From contig JAFDZV010000039.1 in assembly GCA_018266795.1 (NCBI GenBank), forward strand, positions 15,215-79,214: a stretch of 64,000 nucleotides of DNA, written 5' to 3'. This document shows, in pieces, positions 36,601-44,100 of the stretch (position 1 is the first letter of the stretch; every line of letters starts with the position of its first letter). The notes under the pieces were generated by a model, which was given only the letters and a program-made list of their open reading frames with translations, was not told the DNA's origin and searched no databases. Origin of the DNA: Bacteroidota bacterium (GTDB lineage: Bacteria > Bacteroidota > Ignavibacteria > OLB7). The position numbers and the translations under genes were made by a program.

Positions 36601-37185
36601 TATCAGTTCCTGAAGTCGCAGAGCGACGACCTTCGCAATGCCGAGAAGTCGCTGCTGGAGACGATCGCGGAGATCAACGAGACTGCGCAGACGAAGTTCT
36701 CCGAGACATTCGAGCTTATCCGCAAGAACTTCGTGACGATCTTTACCTCACTCTTCTACGAGGGAGACGAGGCGGATCTGAAGATCGGCGAGGGGGATCC
36801 GCTGGAGGCGCCGATAGAGATCATCGCCAAGCCGCGCGGCAAGCGGCCGCATTCGATCGATCTGCTCTCCGGCGGCGAGAAGACGCTGACGGCGATCGCG
36901 CTTCTGTTCGCGATCTACCTGGTGAAGCCCTCTCCGTTCTGTATCCTCGACGAGGTTGATGCCCCGCTCGACGATGCAAACATCGATCGCTTTGTTCAGT
37001 TGATCCGCCGATTCGTTTCCGAGACGCAGTTCATCATCGTCACGCACAACAAGCGGACGATGGCAGCGGCCGATACGATGTACGGTGTGACGCAGGAGGA
37101 GGATGGCGTTTCGAAGATCGTCTCGGTGCGCTTCACGGAGCATGTCAGGAACGGTACCGCAACTCCTGCGGCCGCAGCCGCATAG
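33625..37185 (+). CDS. smc: chromosome partition protein Smc
   Basis: 1186 aa. N-terminal Walker A ([23 protein letters not shown]), long coiled coils, a hinge, and the C-terminal signature [17 protein letters not shown] plus Walker B [15 protein letters not shown]. Confidence 0.96.
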   Translation: [1186 protein letters not shown]

Positions 37186-37219
37186 CGCGGACAGGGGCCG
37201 CGCCGGAAGGATATGTCCG

Positions 37220-37261
37220 ATAACGAAGAAGGCCCGCCGTTCGGCGGGCCTTCTTCGTTAT
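37220..37261. terminator. bidirectional rho-independent terminator between convergent smc and the anti-sigma gene
   Basis: Perfect 19-bp stem: ATAACGAAGAAGGCCCGCC (37220-38), loop GTTC, GGCGGGCCTTCTTCGTTAT (37243-61). Confidence 0.7.
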
Positions 37262-37290
37262 GCTCGTAGCGCGTCATTGTCTGTTGCCGA

Positions 37291-37899
37291 TCAGGCTGCC
37301 GGAGACGAGGCGTTGCTGCCGTGATCCAGGATCTCATCGTTGAGCGGCGTCGTGAGCAGCAGCAGGCATCCTTCCTTGCTGTGGGTATCGACGTGGACCT
37401 TGTTGAGATAGCTCGCCGTGAAGTCGCCGCTCTTTAGGTCATGCCCGTCAACATGGAGATCTCCTTCCAGAACCAGGCACTGCTCCAGGCCCATATGCCG
37501 ATGCGGCGGGTAGGCCGCGCCCGGCTGCAGGCGCGCGAGAACCATGGTCCGGCCCTGAACAGGATCCTCGTGAAGCAGGCGAAGCGAGATGCCGGGCATG
37601 ATCTCCTGCCATTCGCCTTCGTGCGCATAGAGGAACACCTGCCCGCGCTCCGGCGGTGCACCGATCGCCGCCATGATGGAATCCTTCACCGCCTTGCGGG
37701 GGGTCGGCATGATGCCGGCGACCTCCTCACACAGAGCTGCCACTGTCTGCAGGCTTTCATCCAGTTCAACCTGGTCGACCTGGCCTGCGAGTATGCGGTT
37801 CTCGAACTCCGCCACCTCGGAAGGTGAAAGCATGCCGAGCGCATACAGTGCCGCCGTATCGGCGGATTGGTCGGGGGAGGTATGAGTCTTTTCGTTCAT
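37291..37899 (-). CDS. ChrR-like anti-sigma factor (cupin C-terminal domain)
   Basis: N-terminal segment AALYALGMLSPSEVAEFENRI. C-terminal cupin LQPGAAYPPHRHMGLEQCLVLEGDLHVDG. Lies downstream of an ECF sigma gene on the same strand. Confidence 0.72.
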   Translation of the reverse strand: MNEKTHTSPDQSADTAALYALGMLSPSEVAEFENRILAGQVDQVELDESLQTVAALCEEVAGIMPTPRKAVKDSIMAAIGAPPERGQVFLYAHEGEWQEIMPGISLRLLHEDPVQGRTMVLARLQPGAAYPPHRHMGLEQCLVLEGDLHVDGHDLKSGDFTASYLNKVHVDTHSKEGCLLLLTTPLNDEILDHGSNASSPAA

Positions 37900-38150
37900 A
37901 TCGAAAGCGGCGCGAAGGGGGTTTGGAGTCGCGCCATTAATGAGTACGAGATCATCCCATGGTTTGGATGTTGCCGTCTATATGATTTGGCAACATGCCC
38001 GGCAGACTGCTGAACAACGCCATCGGCACACGCTGGCCTTCACGTCCGCTCACTGCGACGTCCCAAAGGACGCCTCACTCGTGGCTGTCCGGCCGCCTTG
38101 CATCCGGCTGTGTTGAACAGTCCGCTGCAGTGTCGTCATTCGACAGGCTG

Positions 38151-38753
38151 CTAGATCTCCTCTCCGACAAATCGGAGGTGCGTTCGGAGTGCCTGCATCC
38201 CGGTTCGGATTCGGGTCTTGATCGTTCCAAGCGGAATGCCGGTATGCTCGGCAATTTCCTGATGGGTGAATCCCTGAAGGAACGCTAGATCGATCAACGT
38301 GCGCTGCTCCGGCGGAAGCTGCGCGAGAGCCGTGGATATCTGCCCACGCTGTTCACGATGAAGGGTGGTCTGCCAGGTCGTGTCGGCCACGTAATCCGCC
38401 GGCGGACGGACGTCCTGGTCGCCTGTGTCGAAACTTCCAACTTCCACCTTCTTCTGTTTGAATCGCTTCGACCGCAGAAGGTCGATCGCTCTGTTGTGAG
38501 CCATGCGAACCAGCCACGTCTTCGGAGTGCCAAGGGCCGACTGATAGGTGCTGGCGCTTCGCCAGATCTGGATAAAGACCTCCTGCAGAACATCTTCTGC
38601 CTCGTCGGTATCGCGTACCACCGTCAGAATAATTCCGTACAGGAGCTTCGAAAAGCGATCGTACAGATCGGACAACGCGTCCGAATCCCGGGCTGCGATC
38701 CGTTCCAGCAGCTGAACATCGGATCCGGTTTGCAACTCTTGATTCCCCATCAT
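38151..38753 (-). CDS. ECF-type RNA polymerase sigma-70 factor
   Basis: ORF track 38151..38978; the start at 38753 (MMGNQELQ) is preferred. Region 2: DEAEDVLQEVFIQIWRSASTY...WLVRMAHNRAIDLLR. Region 4: EQRTLIDLAFLQGFTHQEIAEHTGIPLGTIKTRIRTG. Confidence 0.9.
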   Translation of the reverse strand: MMGNQELQTGSDVQLLERIAARDSDALSDLYDRFSKLLYGIILTVVRDTDEAEDVLQEVFIQIWRSASTYQSALGTPKTWLVRMAHNRAIDLLRSKRFKQKKVEVGSFDTGDQDVRPPADYVADTTWQTTLHREQRGQISTALAQLPPEQRTLIDLAFLQGFTHQEIAEHTGIPLGTIKTRIRTGMQALRTHLRFVGEEI

Positions 38754-38865
38754 GCGCGCAATATATCCCTGTCGCGACAAAACACCAGCGTCAGTCGCAG
38801 GGCCGCAGGCGGCCCCGTTTCCTGCATCGACTGGAAGTCCTCGGCCGGTTATCGGCATCGCTGTG

Positions 38866-39540
38866 CTATGCTTTGGCATGTGTTCCGTCAATTTTCGAGA
38901 ACGATCGTATCCGCGGCACGTCAAAAATTTCTCCGATCGCGCTGCCGTGGTCAAGCGCCCACACCATGGCACTGGCAAGCTGCTCGCGCCTGACCGAACG
39001 GGCTCGCCGGGCCACGTCGCCGATCGTTCCGGGCAGACAGCTCAGTGCTGCAAGGACCGGTTCCATCACGATCGGCCACTCCTGACCCGGGCCGAGAATG
39101 AACGACGGGCGATAGATGGTCCAGTCCAGGCCGGCGTCCAGTACTATGCGCTCCGCCCGCGCCTTGCACTGCACATAGTAGCTGTTGCCGATTGCGCCGG
39201 CGCTCAGCAGCAGTATGCGCCGGACTCCGGTTCTCGTCATCGCCTCGGTTACCGAGCGCACCGAACCCACATCCACATCCTCGTACGTTCTTCCGGTTCT
39301 CTTGGTCTCCGCCCGGCGAATGCCTACCAGATGCACCACGCCATCGCAGCCATCCAGTGCCTCGGCAAGCGAGTCGGCGTCCAGTACATCTCCCGCGGCG
39401 GCGGTGACCCCTTCGATACGCGGAACGCGTGCCAGCGACTCGGGGCGTACCACCATGCGCACCGTATGTCCGGCAGTTGCCAGGGCAGGAACCACGGCGC
39501 TCCCTACGAAGCCGGTTCCGCCTGTCACGAGAATGTGCAT
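38866..39540 (-). CDS. NAD(P)-binding SDR/NmrA-like oxidoreductase
   Basis: Rossmann motif MHILVTGGTGFVGSAVV. Atypical-SDR length (224 aa) and a Y-x3-K-like YYVQCKARAE. Confidence 0.82.
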   Translation of the reverse strand: MHILVTGGTGFVGSAVVPALATAGHTVRMVVRPESLARVPRIEGVTAAAGDVLDADSLAEALDGCDGVVHLVGIRRAETKRTGRTYEDVDVGSVRSVTEAMTRTGVRRILLLSAGAIGNSYYVQCKARAERIVLDAGLDWTIYRPSFILGPGQEWPIVMEPVLAALSCLPGTIGDVARRARSVRREQLASAMVWALDHGSAIGEIFDVPRIRSFSKIDGTHAKA

Positions 39541-39855
39541 GAAGTTGCTTCCAATCTATATGATCCGCGGTTCCCGAGTGAGCCATCACCGCCGGCCGGA
39601 TACTCTCCCGAACCGTCGAACGCGGGAACGCATTGTTCAGTATCGCAACGGACGGGTCGCGATGTAATCATCCGATCTAATGCACTGAAATCCAACGTAA
39701 TGCTTGATGCTGGCATTCGTTCTTCGTAACATTCACACTACGTTGATCTTGCCCCAATGGATTGCATGCAAGTCCGTCCGGTGTTGATGCAACCATTCCG
39801 GCGGAAGGTGTGCAACAGGTGAATGACGCGGCCATCGCGAATCCAAAGGATCGGT

Positions 39856-40929
39856 ATGCAGCTCGAGACTGTACGAAAATACGCCGGGGTAGTTGTGGCG
39901 CTGGCGCTCTTCGCATGTTCCACGGCGGCAGCTCAGTCCGGCGTGACCGTACAGTTGTTCCAGCCGCCGCCGAACCAACTCAAGATCGCTGACCTCTGGC
40001 GTATCAAGCTGGTCAACAACACGCAGACCACCTACACGGTATGCCTGTTCGGCACATTGGATGAGACGGCGCTCGGCAAGCGACTCGTTGATGCCACCAC
40101 CGCGCAGTTCAGGTTGCCGCCGGGAACGAAGCTGATCACCGGATCGGACATTCAGCCGATCGACGCGAACTACTACGACGATCGCTACAAGCAGATCTTC
40201 ATGCGCACCGGGCAGGCACCGGCCGGCGAATACCGGATCTGTGTCGAGGTGCGTCTCGAATGCGGCGCGCAGGTGCTGGCTCGCGATTGCAAGGATCAGC
40301 ATGTGCAGCCGCTTACTCCGCCCGTGCTGATTGCGCCGGCAAATGAATCTACGGTGCCGGACAAGCTCCCAACCTTCAGTTGGTTGCCGCCGTCTCCTCT
40401 CGGGCGCGGCCAGTCCATGCGCTATGAGTTGAAGATCGTCGAAGTGCTTGGCCGCCAGACTCCGTACGATGCCATGGGCTCCAACCCCGCATGGTTCCTG
40501 CGGGGCCAGATCGTTCCCACCGTTCAGCAGTATCCGATCTCGTCGCGCGCCTTCGTCAAGGGAAATACCTATGCGTGGAAGATCGCGGCTTCGAGCGACG
40601 GGATACCGATGGGGGAGAGCGAGATCTGGTGGTTCATCTACAATCCCACCAGCCTGATCGGCGGCAACGACGGAGGGGGGCGCATCGTGAACGACTCGCT
40701 CCAGGCCCATCTCACCGGCAGCAAGAATCCGATTGTGCCCGCGTATCAACCAACCACCCATGGTGTGATCACCATCGATCCCACGGACATCGGCACCAAC
40801 GAGCTGAAGTTCTTCGGCGATCCGACAAAACTCATCCCAGACAGGATCGAAGTCATCCCAACCGCAGATCAGTTGAAGAAGGATTTCCTGGAAGTCTACA
40901 AGGAGCTCCTTCGTTCGTGCAATGATTGA
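39856..40929 (+). CDS. hypothetical secreted protein, first gene (A) of the giant-protein operon
   Basis: ORF track starts at 39823; the ATG at 39856 gives MQLETVRKYAGVVVALALFACSTAAAQS (signal peptide). Two beta-rich modules, the second with a PTFSWLPP...YELKIVEV...YAWKIAA pattern (Ig/FN3-like). No family recognised. Confidence 0.65.
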   Translation: MQLETVRKYAGVVVALALFACSTAAAQSGVTVQLFQPPPNQLKIADLWRIKLVNNTQTTYTVCLFGTLDETALGKRLVDATTAQFRLPPGTKLITGSDIQPIDANYYDDRYKQIFMRTGQAPAGEYRICVEVRLECGAQVLARDCKDQHVQPLTPPVLIAPANESTVPDKLPTFSWLPPSPLGRGQSMRYELKIVEVLGRQTPYDAMGSNPAWFLRGQIVPTVQQYPISSRAFVKGNTYAWKIAASSDGIPMGESEIWWFIYNPTSLIGGNDGGGRIVNDSLQAHLTGSKNPIVPAYQPTTHGVITIDPTDIGTNELKFFGDPTKLIPDRIEVIPTADQLKKDFLEVYKELLRSCND

Positions 40930-41100
40930 CGGTTCCTGCCGGCCCGGGCGCCTCCGCTGCACCATGTGTGATGCCGGGCTCGCCTGCGTGGCTGCGGCAA
41001 TGAACCAGCCGGCATCCGAATTATGCGTGCCGTCCATGAAATGGTAAAGCGATCGCCTCGCTGTTCCGCAATTCCATAGCCCCCAGGGAGATCCAAGACC

Positions 41101-44100
41101 ATGAGACCAACACGGCTGAACCTCGCTGCGCTCAGGAGCAATCTCATACCTCGCTCCAGGCGTCCGCGCGACATCGAGGAGGTGATCGCGCAGCAGGGCG
41201 GTCCGGCTCTGTCGCGTCGTGAGATGCTCGGGCTGGTTGGCGGCGCAACGCTTGCGGCGACGCCGGCCGTGGCCTCTGTGCGTACGATGCTCGCCGACGG
41301 CTTCGAGGTGGTTGCCGGCAGTGACCGCGTTGCCCTGATGCTTGGCGGGCAGGAGCGATGGGCGATCGATGCGCGGGCCTTCGCGGGATCGCCCCGCCTC
41401 ACAGTGGAGCGGACGGAGCGCCGCATCGTGATCGAGCTCGCCGGCGCGCGCTATCCCGGCACCGCCATACCGGCCGACCTGCGATGCGAGATCCGTCCGG
41501 GTCTCGTGCGCCGTACAATGTCCATGGAGATGGCCGTTGGCGGCTTCTCCTGCTCGATGCAGCTCGAACGCTGGCTGCTTGGCGTCGAGCCGGCCCGCGC
41601 GCGCGTGCAGCTTCCCGGCCACGAGTGTTCGTTCGAAACCGGCAGCAGTCTCACCCTCTCTGGGAGCGGCGTTGCGAGCTTCACCCCGGACTGGTGCCTG
41701 GATCTCGAGGGCGGATCCATCGCCTCGCTCGCCGGCTTTGGCGGAGCGGTACATGCCGACGCCGTGCAGATAGCGCTTCCCGACGGTGCTGCGCCCAGCC
41801 TGCTGGACGATCGGCCGCAGCGCCGCACGCTTGTCTCGATCCAGCGTGGAGAGCAGCGCTGGGCCATCGATCCCGGGGCCCGCGATTTCGGCGGCTGGAA
41901 CTTCCGCGGGCACGGCGAATCGTTCGACTCCGTGCGCGCGGAGTTTGCGGAGCATCACGACGGCCGTACCGAGAGCGCTCTCGTCGCCGACGGTGCCGGC
42001 GAGAACGTTCGCCTGGAGGCGTTGATGCACGATGCCTATCGCAACGTCGAGGGCGCCCCGTTCGGCATTCCTCTTCGCAACGTTCGCTACGCCGTTGCGT
42101 TCAACGGCAGCGGACGTCATGCGGCGGTGGTGGCCAACTACTCGGCGGAGCCGGCCTGGCTGCATACCGATGGCGTAAGCGTGTTGCTTGGTGACGATGA
42201 GGAGCGTCGGCTCTTCGAGCTGAGCGGGGCCAACGGCACGGTGGAGTCGCAGGAGGTGTCCCCCGCAATGCTTGCCACCGTTGTCCCGCTGGCCGGTGCC
42301 GCAATCACACGCCCTGCAGCGCTCCCGAAGGGGACCCGCCTTGCGGTTGTGAACGATTCGCGTCCGGAGATACTTGCCGGCCATGCGAACCACATCGCCT
42401 TCAATCCGAACCAGCCGGACGACACCCCCTCGATGCTTCTCGGCAAGGCGGCGGCGATCGTCGTGCGCCCGAGCGATCTCGTCTTCCTCGTCTTCGCATT
42501 CGTCGGGATGAAGCTCTCGCCGAAGTCCGGAACCGGCAAGGCCACGTACGAACGTACGGGCGGCGACGCGAAGATTCTGGTGGGATTCCAACCGCAGAAC
42601 ATCGCGGAGGAGGCGTTCTTCGAAACGGCGAGCGGCTATCCGGTTGCCACGGGGAATCCGAGCGATCCGGACAAGTCCAGCGATGGGAAGGATGGCACGC
42701 CGGCCATTCCCGCTCCCTACGCTCCGCCGGTGCGTGCGCGCATGGCGGGGCCCAGCCGACTCGTCTTCAATGTGCCTCCGGAGGTCAGCTCCATCGAGAC
42801 CACGTTGGAGGACCTGTTGAAGTACTGCGGCCAGATGCCGATGAACGTTGCGCCGCATGCATTGCCGCCGAAGGACCTTTCGTGGCATCTGGTGGCCGCG
42901 AATACCTTCACGCTCTCCAACGCCGGCAAGTTTCTCGGCAACAGCTACAAGATGCAGCTTGCTGCGATGAAGGGGGAGAGCCTCGGCACGAAGGGGGTGG
43001 CGCTCACAACGCCCGGCAAGCTGACCGGAGCGCAACAGCTGATCATGAAGTCCCGCTCGGCAGCGCTCGAGAAGATGGACATGAGCGCGGGGAAGGCATA
43101 CAGGGTTTCGGACAGCGACATCGAAAAGAAGATCGCGGTCGACTACGGCTCCATCGCGGTCACCCGCCCTCAGTTCCGCGCGCCGAAGCTGGACGAGACA
43201 GCGATCGAATCCCCCTATCGTCTCTACATTTCGCCGAACCGCTACGGTGCATGGGCGCATGCGGTGAAGCCGGTGTACGGCATCCGGACCGGGCGGGTGG
43301 AGTTGTGGCATTCGCGCCTCGGCGTGCGCGACGGCACCGGCGTTGACGAGAAGGACCCCCGCCTCCGCACCATTCGCGCGATCTGGGCAACTGATCTGGA
43401 CAAGCTTCCCCCCGGCACGATCCCGGATCATTCGAACGATCCGTTCCGCATGAGCCTGGATGCGTTCGATCGCATCAACATCGCATCGCTTTCATCCGAC
43501 TTCAATCTCACCGGACCGTCCTCGCCCGGCAAGCTGCGCCCTCCGTATCTGCCGTTGCCGATCGCAACGGAGCGGCTCATGCTCAGTTCGCTCGGCGCGT
43601 GGATGAATGTTCGCGGAGTGTGGCCGCGCGATACCATGCCGCTCGGCTTCTCCGTGGAGGAGTGGACGCATCGTGCCGCGATGGGACGCGATACGTTCGT
43701 GCGCGTCGTGTATGCCGGCTTCCTCTTTCCCTTCGGGCACTACGCCTCGGTGATCAAGATCACGGAGCGGAAGTTCCAGCCGCATCCGGGCAATCCCGCG
43801 GTGAAGGTTGCCTATCTCCGCCAGCGGATGTTCATCGTGGTGCGGCAGCCGGAAGTGACACTTCGCGTGAGCGGCCTCGCGATCAAGGACTTCGTTACCG
43901 GCACGGACGGCATCAACATCGATCTGCAGATGCCGTTCACGAGCGCGCGCATCACCACGCTCATCACGCCGAATCTGGACCCGCCGGAGTTGAGCGAGAT
44001 CTGGCCCGGCAAGAAGCAGGGGGCGTTCTGGCCGCGTGTCAACAATCAGGATTTCCAGTTCCACATGGTGCTGAAGGATGTGGACGGCAACAATGTGGAA

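Noticed and set aside
38752-39729. 325-aa plus-strand ORF overlapping the SDR gene and the sigma-factor upstream region
   Set aside because: It is antisense to a clear Rossmann-fold gene (MHILVTGGTGFVGS). Its composition is Arg/Pro/Ala/His-rich.
39733-43431. 1232-aa minus-strand ORF (and the similar 925-aa ORF at 47578..50355) antisense to the giant operon
   Set aside because: Arg/Gly/Ala/His-dominated composition with no start context. The plus-strand ORFs have signal peptides, balanced composition and tight operon spacing.
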